Source of the DNA: Halorarum halobium
GTDB lineage: Archaea > Halobacteriota > Halobacteria > Halobacteriales > Haloferacaceae
Reading direction: 5' to 3'
NCBI RefSeq assembly: GCF_032116555.1
Contig: NZ_CP134949.1
Coordinates: 3,100,001-3,164,000 of the forward strand
Length of the DNA stretch: 64,000 bases
Part shown: piece after piece, positions 30,389-40,573 of the stretch
Position numbering within the stretch: position 1 is the first letter of the stretch
Layout: every line of letters starts with the position of its first letter
Translations under genes and position numbers: made by a program
The notes under the pieces: model-generated
The model's database searches: none
The model's input: only the letters and a program-made list of their open reading frames with translations
Told to the model about the DNA's origin: nothing

Positions 30389-31999
30389 ATGGAGAAACCG
30401 CTGTTAGTCACGGACTTTCTCGACCGCGCCCGGCGCAACTACGGGGACCACGAGGCGGTCCTCGCCGTCGACGGCACGCGGTACACGTACGACGAACTCG
30501 GCGAGCGCGCCGACGGCTTCGCCGCCGCGCTCCAGGAACGCGGGGTGGGGAAGGGCGACCGCGTCGCCGTCCTCGACCCGAACACGCACTACCACCTGGA
30601 GGCGGCCTACGGGAGCCACGAGATCGGCGCGGTCCACACGCCGCTGAACTACCGGCTCGTCGAGTCGGACTTCGAGTACATCCTCAACGACGCTGGCGTG
30701 ACGGCCATCTACGCCGACGCCGAGTACGCCGACCGCATCGAGGCGATCCGCGACACGGTGCCGACCGAGACGTTCATCACCAACGACGCGGACGCCGTCG
30801 AGGGCGACTGGGAGTCGTTCGACGGGGCCATCGCGGACGCCGGCGAGCACGAGCGCCCGGAGATGAGCGAGGACGACGTCGTCACCATCAACTACACCTC
30901 GGGCACCACGGGCGACCCGAAGGGAGTCTGCCGGACCCACCGGACCGAGACCGTCCACGCCTACCTCATCTCGATCCACCAGGAGATCCGCGACGACGAC
31001 ACCTACCTCTGGACGCTCCCGATGTTCCACGTGAACGGCTGGGGCCACCTCTACGCGATCACCGGGATGGGCGCGCGACACGTCTGCACCCGCGGGGTCG
31101 ACGCCGCCGCGGTGTTCGACCGCCTCCGCAACGAGGACGTCTCCTACTTCTGTGCGGCCCCGACCGTGCTGAAGATGCTCGGGGACCACCACGACGAGCA
31201 CGGCGGCCCGGTCGACGGCGGCCAGGACGTCCGCGTCGCCACCGCCGGCGCGGCACCGCCGGAAGCGACGATCCGGACGGTCGAGGACGAGTTCGGCTGG
31301 TACCTCAAACACGTGTACGGCGCGACCGAGACGGGGCCGCTCATCACCACCTCGGACGCCCGGCGCTACTTCGATGACGACTCGGACGACCGCTTCGGGG
31401 TGAAGAAGACGCAGGGGTTCGGCTACCTGGGCACGGAGATCCGCGTCGTCGACGAGAACGGCCAGGACGTGCCCGAGGACGGGCAGACGATCGGCGAGAT
31501 CGTGGTCCGCGGCAACCAGGTGATGGACGGCTACTGGGAGAAGCCGGAGGCGACCGAGGAGGCGTTCAACGACCGAATCTCGGGCTACTACCACATGGGC
31601 GATCTGGCGGCGGTCAACGAGAACGGCATGCTGGTCATCCAGGACCGCAAGAAGGACATCATCATCTCTGGCGGGGAGAACATCTCCTCGCTCGAACTGG
31701 AGGACACGCTGTTCTCGAACGACGCGGTCGGCGACGTGGCCGTCATCCCGGCGCCGAGCGAGGAGTGGGGCGAGACCCCGAAGGCGTTCGTCGTGCCCGC
31801 CAACGGCGACGTCTCGTCGCCGGGCACGAGCGAGGCCGACCTCATCGACTACTGCCGCGAGCGCCTCGCGTCGTTCAAGGTGCCGAGCCAGGTCGAGTTC
31901 GTGAAGCAGCTCCCGAAGACGGCGACGGGCAAGATCCAGAAGTTCGAACTGCGCCAGCAGGAGTGGGAGGGCGAGGAGCGGATGGTCGGCGAGGGCTGA
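30389..31999 (+). CDS. Medium/long-chain acyl-CoA synthetase
   Basis: YTSGTTGDPKG, LPMFHVNGW, YGATET, DRKKDIIISGGENISS, LPKTATGKIQK. Confidence 0.93.
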   Translation: MEKPLLVTDFLDRARRNYGDHEAVLAVDGTRYTYDELGERADGFAAALQERGVGKGDRVAVLDPNTHYHLEAAYGSHEIGAVHTPLNYRLVESDFEYILNDAGVTAIYADAEYADRIEAIRDTVPTETFITNDADAVEGDWESFDGAIADAGEHERPEMSEDDVVTINYTSGTTGDPKGVCRTHRTETVHAYLISIHQEIRDDDTYLWTLPMFHVNGWGHLYAITGMGARHVCTRGVDAAAVFDRLRNEDVSYFCAAPTVLKMLGDHHDEHGGPVDGGQDVRVATAGAAPPEATIRTVEDEFGWYLKHVYGATETGPLITTSDARRYFDDDSDDRFGVKKTQGFGYLGTEIRVVDENGQDVPEDGQTIGEIVVRGNQVMDGYWEKPEATEEAFNDRISGYYHMGDLAAVNENGMLVIQDRKKDIIISGGENISSLELEDTLFSNDAVGDVAVIPAPSEEWGETPKAFVVPANGDVSSPGTSEADLIDYCRERLASFKVPSQVEFVKQLPKTATGKIQKFELRQQEWEGEERMVGEG

Positions 32000-32013
32000 G
32001 GCTCCCCGTCGCT

Positions 32014-32072
32014 CTCTCATCCCTCGCGGGCCGAACCAGCTATCGAGCCAAACGCCGTGGGGGCTTTCGAGA
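32014..32072. repeat. Short remnant of the interspersed repeat family (copy D)
   Basis: CTCATCCCTCGCG (reverse complement of a copy A module) and GGGGCTTTCGAG at 32060-32071. Confidence 0.55.
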
Positions 32073-32221
32073 ACGACCCCACGGAGAACCAGTGTGCACT
32101 GATGGCAAGAACCACCAGGGATTCGCACCGTTCCGACGCTCCGGAGCATCCCTGACCGACGGCGATCAAACCCCCGAGCGTACCCGACGGCGTTTTCACG
32201 ACGCCCCCGTACACCTCCGAT

Positions 32222-33202
32222 ATGGACCTCACGGACCGGCCGCGCCGGCTCAGAACCGACGGCGTCAGGCCGCTCGTCTCCGAAACCGACCTCGCGGCCT
32301 CGGACCTCATCGCCCCGGTGTTCGTCGACGCGACGACCGACGAGCGCGTCGCCATCGAGTCGATGCCCGGCCACGAGCGCGTCCCGGTCGAGGAGGCCGC
32401 CGCACGCGTCGCCGAGGTGCGCGAGACGGGCGTCGAGGCGATCATCGTCTTCGGCATCCCCGAGTCGAAGGACGCGGTCGGCTCACGGGCGTACGCCGAG
32501 GACGGCGTCGTCCAGCGCGCCGTGCGCGACGTCGCCGCCGAGACCGACGCCTACGTCATCACCGACGTCTGCCTCTGTGAGTACACCGACCACGGCCACT
32601 GCGGGGTCGTGGAGGAGGGTGCCGCCGAGGACCCGACGCTCACCGTGCGGAACGACGAGACGCTCGAACTGCTCGAGAGGACCGCCGTCTCGCACGCCGA
32701 GGCCGGCGCGGACATGGTCGCGCCCTCCTCGATGACCGACGGGATGGTCGGCGCGATCAGGGAAGGGCTGGACGGCGCGGGCTTCGAGGGGGTGCCGATC
32801 ATGAGCTACGCCGCCAAGTACGAGTCGGCCTTCTACGGTCCGTTCCGCGATGCGGCCGACGGCGCACCCGCGTTCGGCGACCGGCGGCACTACCAGATGA
32901 ACCCCGCGAACGGCCGCGAGGCGCTCCGGGAGACGAGACTCGACGTCGAACAGGGCGCGGACGTGCTGATGGTGAAACCCGCGCTGCCGTACCTCGACGT
33001 CGTCTCGGCGGTCCGCCGGGAGTTCGACCACCCGGTCGCGGCCTACAACGTCAGCGGCGAGTACGCCATGCTGCACGCGGCGGCCGACCGCGGCTGGCTG
33101 GACCTGGAGGCCGTCGCCCACGAGTCGCTGGTGAGCATCAAGCGGGCCGGGGCCGACCTGATCCTCACCTACTTCGCCGAGGACGTCGCGGAGTCGCTGT
33201 AG
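32222..33202 (+). CDS. hemB: Porphobilinogen synthase (Zn-type)
   Basis: [51 protein letters not shown]. Confidence 0.97.
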   Translation: MDLTDRPRRLRTDGVRPLVSETDLAASDLIAPVFVDATTDERVAIESMPGHERVPVEEAAARVAEVRETGVEAIIVFGIPESKDAVGSRAYAEDGVVQRAVRDVAAETDAYVITDVCLCEYTDHGHCGVVEEGAAEDPTLTVRNDETLELLERTAVSHAEAGADMVAPSSMTDGMVGAIREGLDGAGFEGVPIMSYAAKYESAFYGPFRDAADGAPAFGDRRHYQMNPANGREALRETRLDVEQGADVLMVKPALPYLDVVSAVRREFDHPVAAYNVSGEYAMLHAAADRGWLDLEAVAHESLVSIKRAGADLILTYFAEDVAESL

Positions 33203-33315
33203 GACGTCGCCGATCCCCGGGGAACCTCGCCGATCCCCGGAGGACGTCGCGGAGTCGCCTCGTCGATCCGGCGCTTCCCGTTCCTGCTTCGAGGCGGGAC
33301 GCTCCGCGCTCCCGC

Positions 33316-34434
33316 TCAGTCCCGGAGCAGGACGGCCGCCAGCGCGGCGCCGCCCAGCAGGAACGCCGCGCCGAACAGCCCCGTCAGCACCGACCCTGAG
33401 AGCCCGCTGCCCGCGGGGCGCTCGGTCGGGGTCGCCCTCGCCCGGGTCGTGTTCTCGCCCGTCGTTTCGGCCGACTGGACCACGACGGCCCCGACGTCGT
33501 CCGGCGAGTCCGCGGTGTCGTTGCCGGCGGACACGACGAGTTCGTACTCGCCGGCGGACAGCGCGGACGGGAGCGAACTCTCCGACCGGACGGTGGCGGC
33601 GTCGTCCGTCGAGGCGCTGACGGTCCGTCCCTCGCGGCCCGCCAGCGCCGTGTCGACGTACACCGTCGCTCGCCCGTCGTCGTTCGCGTCGCGGGCGCGG
33701 ACCACGAGCTCGTAGCCGGTGGCGTTCCGGTCGCCGAGTCGGACGGTCGCCGTCTCCGTCCCGAGGAAGACGAGTTCGAGCGCGACGACGTCCCCCCGGT
33801 CGACGGCGAGGATCGAGTCGGACAGCGAGACGCGGGCGTTCGTCTCCGGCGTCGCCGTCGGGGTCTGTTCCGGGCGGGCCGTGGGGGAGTCGGGAACCGG
33901 CTCGGTGCAGTCGCCCGCACAGCCGACGATCTCGCCGTCCGCCGACGTCGAGTGCGAGCCGTTCTCGGTCGTGACGGTGACCGAGAACGTGCCGCCGGCG
34001 GTCTGCCGGGAGAGATCGGCCGCGATCGCCCAGGTGCCGTTCTCCGTCACGACGGCGTTCGAGCTGACGAAGAACGCGGGCTGGGTGTCGCCCGTCGACT
34101 CGAGCCGGACGAGGAGCTCGGTGCCGACGCGGAACTCGGCAGTCCCCGAGATGACCTGCGAGGAGTCGTTGGCCACTGTGACGCGTTCGCCCTCGTGATC
34201 GATCGTGATCGCCCCCCGGGTCGACTCGAACGCGGCGGAGGCGCCGGCGGCCGACGTCGACCCGGCGGCGGCTGATGTCGACCCGGCGGCGACCGACGTG
34301 GACGCGGGAGCGACCGACGCGGTGGCGGTCGATCGTGACGTCGTGGGGGCCGACGCCGACGCGGTCGCGGCCGGCGCGACCGCCCCCAGCACCAGACAGG
34401 CGACGAGCGCGAGCCGGAGCGCGTTCGATCTCAC
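33316..34434 (-). CDS. Cell-surface protein with signal peptide, two beta-rich (Ig-like) domains and a C-terminal TM anchor
   Basis: Signal peptide (RSNALRLALVACLVLGAVAPA), S/T/A-rich linkers including 21-bp repeats (STSAAAG), N-x-S/T sequons, C-terminal hydrophobic helix. Start uncertain. Confidence 0.75.
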   Translation of the reverse strand: MRSNALRLALVACLVLGAVAPAATASASAPTTSRSTATASVAPASTSVAAGSTSAAAGSTSAAGASAAFESTRGAITIDHEGERVTVANDSSQVISGTAEFRVGTELLVRLESTGDTQPAFFVSSNAVVTENGTWAIAADLSRQTAGGTFSVTVTTENGSHSTSADGEIVGCAGDCTEPVPDSPTARPEQTPTATPETNARVSLSDSILAVDRGDVVALELVFLGTETATVRLGDRNATGYELVVRARDANDDGRATVYVDTALAGREGRTVSASTDDAATVRSESSLPSALSAGEYELVVSAGNDTADSPDDVGAVVVQSAETTGENTTRARATPTERPAGSGLSGSVLTGLFGAAFLLGGAALAAVLLRD

Positions 34435-34615
34435 GGCGACCACCCCGCGCCGGTCGCGGCGGTCGCGGCGGCGTGCGGACGGTCCGTCTCGCTGCCCGGC
34501 AGGTGGACGTTGAGGGAGGGCATTCCGTCGGCACATCGTCCCTGGTGGTATAAGAAGCAGCGAATGCTTCGAGCGCGTTTTACGGTACGGTGTCCCGCCC
34601 GCGGCCCACCCCGTC

Positions 34616-36022
34616 GTGGCCCACGACCGACAGATTGAACGGCGGGCCGCGGGTCGTTCCGGCGACCCCGTGGCCTCCGACCGCTCACGCGCCGGCTCGC
34701 GCGCCGTCGATCGCCGTCGGGCACTACGGATCGGTGCCGCCGCCGTCGCCGCCAGCGTCGCCGCCTCGCCGATCCCGCGCCTCGGCAGCCTGTTCGACCC
34801 CGACGGGCTGTTCGGCCCGGACGATCCGCCGCCGGCCGAACCGACCTCGAACGCCGGGACCGACCCGATCGAGACGATTCACGCCGCCGGCGTCACCGGC
34901 GAGGGGGTGCGACTCGGCGTGGCGGACCCGACGGGGTTCGACCCGGGCCGTCCGGAACTCTCCTCGGCGACCACGGCCCTGCGCGGGTTCGGGGACGACC
35001 CGGTCGCGGTGAGCGGGCCGACCCACGGGACCGCGGCGGCCGCGGCGGTCGCACGGGTCGCGCCCGCCGCCGACCTCGCGCTCGCGCGGTTCAGCCGCCC
35101 CCGCGAGTTCGCCCTCGCGGTCGAGTGGTTCCGGGACCGAGGAGTCGACGTCCTGCTCGTGCCGGTCGCGGCCCACGGCACCGCGAGCCCGGAACGGGGA
35201 CCGGTCGCTCGCGCCCTCCGGGACGCGGAGGCGGCGGGAACCGTCGTCGTCGCACCGACCGGAAACGCCGCCCGTGGCCACTGGCAGCGGCCGGTCGCTC
35301 CGGACTCGCTGCGCGAGGGGCGAGCGATCCGCGGGTTGCAGGTCCGATCCCCGTCCGGGGACGACGGGCCGACGGGGCGACTCGTCGCGTGGGTGACCCA
35401 CGACGGCCCGCCGGCTCTCGACCTCTCGCTCGCGCTCGTCCGCCGGACCGACACGGGCGACGGTCGGAACCTGATCGCGCTCTCGACCGACGCGCCGACC
35501 GGGACGGGCGAGCGGCTCGTCGCGCGGCTCGACGGCGGGGACTACCGGCTGCTGGTCCGGCCGTCCGGCGAGTCTCCCGAACCCGGCACGCTCGACACGT
35601 TCCGGCTGGAGGTGACGACGCCGACCCATCGGCTGGTCCCGACGACGCCGACCGGGAGCGTGGCGTCGCCGGCCTCGGCGGACACGGTCCTCGCCGTGGG
35701 GGCGGCCGACGGCGACGGCGCGGCGCCGTACAGCGGTCGCGGGCCGACGTCCGACGGGGGGACCGGCGTCGACCTGGTCGCGCCACCCCGGCCGTGGTCG
35801 GGGCCGGGAAAACCGGGGACGTCCGCTGCCGCGGCCCGGGCGGCCGGCGTCGCCGCGCTCGTGTGCGACGTGCTCGGTGGGAGCGAGCCGCGACGCGTGC
35901 GGGAACTCCTCGAAACGACGGCGAGCGAGGCCGGGCGCGCCGGCACCGACCTCGGGACGGGACACGGTCGGCTCGAACCGCTCCGCGCGGTGCGGAGAGC
36001 GCGCGCCCGGAACGGGTCCTGA
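34616..36022 (+). CDS. S8 (subtilase) family serine peptidase with a twin-arginine-like signal
   Basis: GVTGEGVRLGVAD (Asp), HGTAAA (His), PTGNAA (oxyanion Asn), YSGRGP, GTSAAA (Ser); DRRRAL followed by a hydrophobic stretch. Start uncertain (34616 or 34670). Confidence 0.8.
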   Translation: MAHDRQIERRAAGRSGDPVASDRSRAGSRAVDRRRALRIGAAAVAASVAASPIPRLGSLFDPDGLFGPDDPPPAEPTSNAGTDPIETIHAAGVTGEGVRLGVADPTGFDPGRPELSSATTALRGFGDDPVAVSGPTHGTAAAAAVARVAPAADLALARFSRPREFALAVEWFRDRGVDVLLVPVAAHGTASPERGPVARALRDAEAAGTVVVAPTGNAARGHWQRPVAPDSLREGRAIRGLQVRSPSGDDGPTGRLVAWVTHDGPPALDLSLALVRRTDTGDGRNLIALSTDAPTGTGERLVARLDGGDYRLLVRPSGESPEPGTLDTFRLEVTTPTHRLVPTTPTGSVASPASADTVLAVGAADGDGAAPYSGRGPTSDGGTGVDLVAPPRPWSGPGKPGTSAAAARAAGVAALVCDVLGGSEPRRVRELLETTASEAGRAGTDLGTGHGRLEPLRAVRRARARNGS

Positions 36023-36116
36023 CGCGGGTCTCGACGAGACGTGCTGACGCGAGCGCCGGGAGTAGTCCCGACCGTCGGTAGCAACGTTTATGCCGCGAAT
36101 ATGTGGACTGGATCGC

Positions 36117-36587
36117 ATGACGAGTAGCCGCACCTTCGCCGGAACCGCCGCCGCGGTCGGCCTCCTCTCGCTCGCTCACGCCGCGGTCACCTGGCCGGTG
36201 CCCGCGATGGTCGCGCTGTTCGGCGGCGGCGCGGTCCTCGCGTTCGTCGCCGAGGCGGTCGTCGTCGACCTCGACTGGCTGGACCACCACGTCGGCCCGA
36301 AAGTCATCGGCGTCCCCCTCTACGTCCTGCTCGGCTGGACGGGGACGATCTACGTCGCGTTCCGCGTCGCGCTCCTCGTGACGGACGGCTGGACGGCGGT
36401 CGTCGCGACCGGCCTGCTCGCCACGACCTACGACGTGCTCACCGACCACCAGGGGGTCGCGGACGGCCACTGGACGTACACCGACGACCTCCCGGGGCCT
36501 CGCTGGCGCGGCGTCCCGTGGTGGAACTTCGCCGGCTGGTTCGCCATCAGCTGTGTCACGGCGGCGGTCACCGTTCCCTTCCTCTGA
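36117..36587 (+). CDS. Short CruF-like (carotenoid hydratase-family) membrane protein
   Basis: GPKVIGVPLYVLLGW, D..G.W.Y, GVPWWNFAGWF; only 156 aa. Confidence 0.72.
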   Translation: MTSSRTFAGTAAAVGLLSLAHAAVTWPVPAMVALFGGGAVLAFVAEAVVVDLDWLDHHVGPKVIGVPLYVLLGWTGTIYVAFRVALLVTDGWTAVVATGLLATTYDVLTDHQGVADGHWTYTDDLPGPRWRGVPWWNFAGWFAISCVTAAVTVPFL

Positions 36588-36676
36588 CGGGCGGCCGCGA
36601 CCGCGTCACGGCGCGGTAAAATCCGCGTTTGATCTTCGCGCACGTTGAAGTACCGGCGGGCGTTACCGCGGGGTAG

Positions 36677-37297
36677 ATGGCATCGCCGCTGACCCGGCTC
36701 GGCGGCCGGACCGACTCCGCCGACGCCGCGCCGAGAGTGCTCCCGGTGGACGACGAGGAGACCGACGACGTGATCGAGGCGCTCGGTTCGGGGACGGCCC
36801 GCGAACTGTTCCGGGCGGTCCACGCCGACCCGGCTCCCCCCTCGGAGCTGGCCCGCCGCGTCGACACGTCCGTCCAGAACGTCCACTACCACCTTACCAA
36901 CCTGGAGGCGGCCGGCCTCGTCGAGTCGCTCGGCCGCACCTACTCGGAGAAGGGCAACGAGATGACGGTGTACGGGCCGGCGGCCGAGCCGATCGTCCTG
37001 ACCGCCGAGCCGGAACCGGACGCGCGGGGCGAACTCGACCGGCTGCTCGGCGACTGGGCCTCGGGCGTCGCGGCGCTCGGGCTCGCCAGCCTGGCCGTCC
37101 AGCTCGCCGTCGAGCGGCTGGTCGGGACCACGCCGGTCGAGCTGTTCGAGCCGGCCAGCAGGGCGGCCGGCGACCCGAACTGGGTGGTCGGCGTCGCGCT
37201 CACGGCGGCACAGCCGGGCGTCCTGTTCTTCGTCGGCGGCCTCGTCACGTTCGCGCTCGCCGCGTACCGGGACCGCGACCGGTCGCCGTCGGCGTGA
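36677..37297 (+). CDS. ArsR/SmtB-type HTH regulator with C-terminal TM helices
   Basis: ALGSGTAREL...PSELARRVDTSVQNVHYHLTNLEAAGLV...YSEKGNEMTVY followed by two hydrophobic segments. Confidence 0.87.
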   Translation: MASPLTRLGGRTDSADAAPRVLPVDDEETDDVIEALGSGTARELFRAVHADPAPPSELARRVDTSVQNVHYHLTNLEAAGLVESLGRTYSEKGNEMTVYGPAAEPIVLTAEPEPDARGELDRLLGDWASGVAALGLASLAVQLAVERLVGTTPVELFEPASRAAGDPNWVVGVALTAAQPGVLFFVGGLVTFALAAYRDRDRSPSA

Positions 37298-37363
37298 CGG
37301 TCGGTCGGCTCGCGAGCAGTTCCCCCGCGAGCGACGTGCCGACAGTGGCGTCCCGCGAAAACA

Positions 37364-38305
37364 CTACGCCAGCAGTTCCACGAGCAGCGCCTTCTGGGCG
37401 TGCATCCGGTTCTCCGCCTGCTCCCAGACGAGCGTCCGGTCCGACTCCAACACGTCGTCGGTGATCTCCTCGCCCCGGTGGGCCGGAAGACAGTGCATCA
37501 CCCGCGCGTCGGTGTCGGCCAGCAGGTCCCGGTTCAACTGGTACCCCTCGAACGCGGGCAGCTTCTCCTCGCGCAGTTTCTCCTGACCCATGCTCACCCA
37601 GACGTCGGTGTAGACGACGTCCGCGTCGGCGACGGCGTCCGCGGGCGAGTCGGTCATCGTCGGCGCGGAGCCGGCCGCGGCGGCGCGCTCGATGGGGTCC
37701 TCGCCGAGGCCGTACCCCTCCGGCGTCGCGACCGTCAGGTCCACGCCCGCGACGCCACAGCCGACGGCGAACGAGCGGGCGACGTTGTTGCCGTCGCCGA
37801 CCCAGGCGACCGAGACGTCCTCGAGGTCGCCGAACGCCTCCCGGATGGTCAGCAGGTCGGCCAGCGTCTGGCACGGGTGCGCGTCGTCGGTCAGCCCGTT
37901 CACCACGGGCACGTCGGCGTACTCGGCCAGGGTTTCCAGGTCCGAGTGGTCGAACAGCCGGGCCATGATCGCGTCGACGTAGCCCGAGAGCGCCCGGGCG
38001 GTGTCCTTCAGCGGCTCGCCGTGGCCGAGCTGGATGTCGTCAGGGCCGAGGAACATCGCGTGGCCGCCGAGCTGGGTCATCCCCGTCTCGAACGACGCCC
38101 GGGTGCGCGTCGAGGGCTTCTCGAACAGCATGGCGAGCGTCGACCGCGGGAGCTGCGTCAGGTCCTTGCCGGCCTTCAGTTCGGTCGCGCGGTCGAGCAC
38201 CGCCCCTAGCTGGGTGGACGAGAGGTCGTCCACGTCGAGCAGGTCGGTCGGGAACGGGTCGTCGGTGTCGGTCGTCATCTCGGTGTCGTGGGTCGGTGTG
38301 TTCAT
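37364..38305 (-). CDS. argF: Ornithine carbamoyltransferase
   Basis: FEKPSTRTR, HPCQTLADL, HCLPAHRG, QAENRMH. Confidence 0.97.
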   Translation of the reverse strand: MNTPTHDTEMTTDTDDPFPTDLLDVDDLSSTQLGAVLDRATELKAGKDLTQLPRSTLAMLFEKPSTRTRASFETGMTQLGGHAMFLGPDDIQLGHGEPLKDTARALSGYVDAIMARLFDHSDLETLAEYADVPVVNGLTDDAHPCQTLADLLTIREAFGDLEDVSVAWVGDGNNVARSFAVGCGVAGVDLTVATPEGYGLGEDPIERAAAAGSAPTMTDSPADAVADADVVYTDVWVSMGQEKLREEKLPAFEGYQLNRDLLADTDARVMHCLPAHRGEEITDDVLESDRTLVWEQAENRMHAQKALLVELLA

Positions 38306-38312
38306 CGGATGG

Positions 38313-39404
38313 TCAGTCGGCGAGGCGCTCACAGACCGCACACAGCACGTCGACCGTGCGGTCGAACTCGGCGAGCGCGAGGCGTTCGTTCGGGGCGTGA
38401 TCGAGGTCCGAGTCGCCGGGGCCGTAGGTCGCCATCGGGGCGTCCCAGGCCGCGGCGTACAGGTTCACGTCGGCGGTGCCGGTCTTGCGGAGCAGTCGCG
38501 GGTCCCCGCCCGCTCGTCGGATCGCCCCGCGGAACGCCGTCGCCACCTCGCTGCGGGGGCTGGTCATCACCGGGGGGATCGGCTCCTCCCAGTGGACGGT
38601 CCCGGCGTCGAGTTCGGCGTCGGCGCGCTCGCGCACGTCCGCCGGCTCCATCTCGGGCGGAACGCGGAACTGGACGTCCATCGTCGCCTCCATCGAGAGC
38701 CCGTCGGCCGAGAGCCCGCCGTCGAAGCGCACCGGCTTCGTCGTCACGCCCTCGAACACCGGCTCGTAGTCCGCCGCCTCGAACGCGCCCTCGACACGAT
38801 TCCACCAGTTCATCGCGTGCTCGACGGCGTTCGGGTCCGGGCGCGACGTGTGGCCGGACTCGCTCGTCGCGACGTACGTGCCGGCGAGGAAGCCGCGGTA
38901 GCCCAGCGTCACGCCGTCCCAGCCGGACGGCTCGCCGTTGACGACCGCGTCGGGTTCCTCGCGGTCCTCCACGAGGAAGCGCGCGCCCCGGGAGTCGGTC
39001 TCCTCGCCGACGACGCCGGCGAAGGAGACGCCCGTCTCGACGGCCGCGACGGCCATGGCGGCGAGGGGACCGGTGGCGTCGACGCTGCCGCGCCCCCACA
39101 GCACCGCGTCGCCGTCGGGCGAGTACTCGTCCTCCGGGTCGCGCTCGATGCGGACCGGGATGTCGCCCGGCACGGTGTCGACGTGGGAGGTCAACAGCAC
39201 GGAGTCGTCCGCTGGGGCGCGGACGTTCCCGACCCCGTCGAGGAACACCTCGCGGTCGTGTTCCGCGAAGAACGCCGCCAGGCGCTCGGCGGCCTCGGCC
39301 TCTTCGCCCGACTCCGAGGGAATCGAGACGAGGTCGTACAGCAGCCGACGTCCCCCGCTATCGAGCGCGTCGAGGTCGGTCGCGTCGTCGACGGCCGAGG
39401 CCAT
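38313..39404 (-). CDS. argE: [LysW/ArgW]-ornithine/lysine hydrolase (LysK type)
   Basis: LTSHVDTVPG, WGRGSVDATG, GEETDSRGA, YGPGDSDLDHAPNE; operon context. Confidence 0.92.
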   Translation of the reverse strand: MASAVDDATDLDALDSGGRRLLYDLVSIPSESGEEAEAAERLAAFFAEHDREVFLDGVGNVRAPADDSVLLTSHVDTVPGDIPVRIERDPEDEYSPDGDAVLWGRGSVDATGPLAAMAVAAVETGVSFAGVVGEETDSRGARFLVEDREEPDAVVNGEPSGWDGVTLGYRGFLAGTYVATSESGHTSRPDPNAVEHAMNWWNRVEGAFEAADYEPVFEGVTTKPVRFDGGLSADGLSMEATMDVQFRVPPEMEPADVRERADAELDAGTVHWEEPIPPVMTSPRSEVATAFRGAIRRAGGDPRLLRKTGTADVNLYAAAWDAPMATYGPGDSDLDHAPNERLALAEFDRTVDVLCAVCERLAD

Positions 39405-39406
39405 CG

Positions 39407-40573
39407 CTACAGCACCTCCGTCAGCGCGTCCACGACCGCGTCGACGTGGTCCTCCTCGACCACCAGCGGCGGCAGGAGGCGCAACACCGACCGGCCGGCC
39501 GGGAGCGCGAGGATCCCGTGGTTCAGCGCCAGGTCCCGCAGCAGGCGGTTCGACCCGCGCTTCACCTCGATGCCGACCATCAGCCCCTGGCCGCGCACCT
39601 CGCGCACGCCCAGGTCGTGTTCGTCGACCGCAGCGGAGAGTTCCTCGTGGAGGTAGTCGCCGACGTCGGCCGCGTGGCCGGGCAGGTCCCCCTCCACGAT
39701 TCCCTCCAGCGTCGCGTTCGCGGCGGCGGCGACGACCGGGCCGCCCGAGAACGTCGAGCCGTGGTCGCCCGCCTCCTCGGCGAGCCAGTCGGCACACAGC
39801 GTCGCGCCCATCGGCAGGCCGGAGGCGAGTCCCTTCGCGGTCGTGAGCGCGTCGGGGGTGACGCCGGCGTGCTCGCACGCCCAGAACGCGCCCGTCCGCC
39901 CGAGACCCGTCTGGATCTCGTCGAACACGAGCGCCGCGCCCGCGTCCTCGGTCAGGTCGCGCGCGGTCCGCAGGTACTCGGCCGTCGCGGGGTTCACCCC
40001 GCCCTCGCCCTGCACGGGTTCGAGGAACACCGCCGCCGTCTCGTCGTCGACGGCTGCGGCCAGTTCCTTGGCGTCGCCGTAGTCGACGAACTCCACGCCG
40101 CCGGCGAGCGGTTCGAACGCGGCGCGGTACTTCCTCTTCCAGGTCAGCGCCAGCGCGCCCATCGTCCGGCCGTGGAAGCCGCGCCTGGCGGCGATTATCT
40201 TCTCCCGGCCGGTGGCCGAGCGCGCGAACTTCATCGCCGCCTCGTTCGCCTCGGTCCCGGAGTTGCAGAGCCACACCTTCCGGAGGTCGCCGGGCGCGAG
40301 CGCGCCGAGTTTCCCGTACAGTTCCGTCCGAGCCTCGACCGGGTACGAGCCCTGCACGTACAGCAGCTCGGCCGCCTGTTCCTGGACGGCCTCCACGACC
40401 GCGGGCGGGCTATGCCCGAGCGGCGTGCAGGCGTAGGAGGCGCCGAAGTCGAGGTACTCCGTGCCGTTCGTCCCCGTGAGACGGACGCCCTCGCCCGACT
40501 CGATGCCGAGCGGCTTCTCCGAGAAGACGAAGCTCTCGCCCAGTTCGTCCTCCGCGGGGTCGAGCGAACTCAC
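39407..40573 (-). CDS. argD: [LysW/ArgW]-semialdehyde aminotransferase (LysJ type, class III)
   Basis: CNSGTEANE, FHGRT, FDEIQTGLGRTG, TAKGLASG, HGSTFSG. Confidence 0.94.
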   Translation of the reverse strand: MSSLDPAEDELGESFVFSEKPLGIESGEGVRLTGTNGTEYLDFGASYACTPLGHSPPAVVEAVQEQAAELLYVQGSYPVEARTELYGKLGALAPGDLRKVWLCNSGTEANEAAMKFARSATGREKIIAARRGFHGRTMGALALTWKRKYRAAFEPLAGGVEFVDYGDAKELAAAVDDETAAVFLEPVQGEGGVNPATAEYLRTARDLTEDAGAALVFDEIQTGLGRTGAFWACEHAGVTPDALTTAKGLASGLPMGATLCADWLAEEAGDHGSTFSGGPVVAAAANATLEGIVEGDLPGHAADVGDYLHEELSAAVDEHDLGVREVRGQGLMVGIEVKRGSNRLLRDLALNHGILALPAGRSVLRLLPPLVVEEDHVDAVVDALTEVL

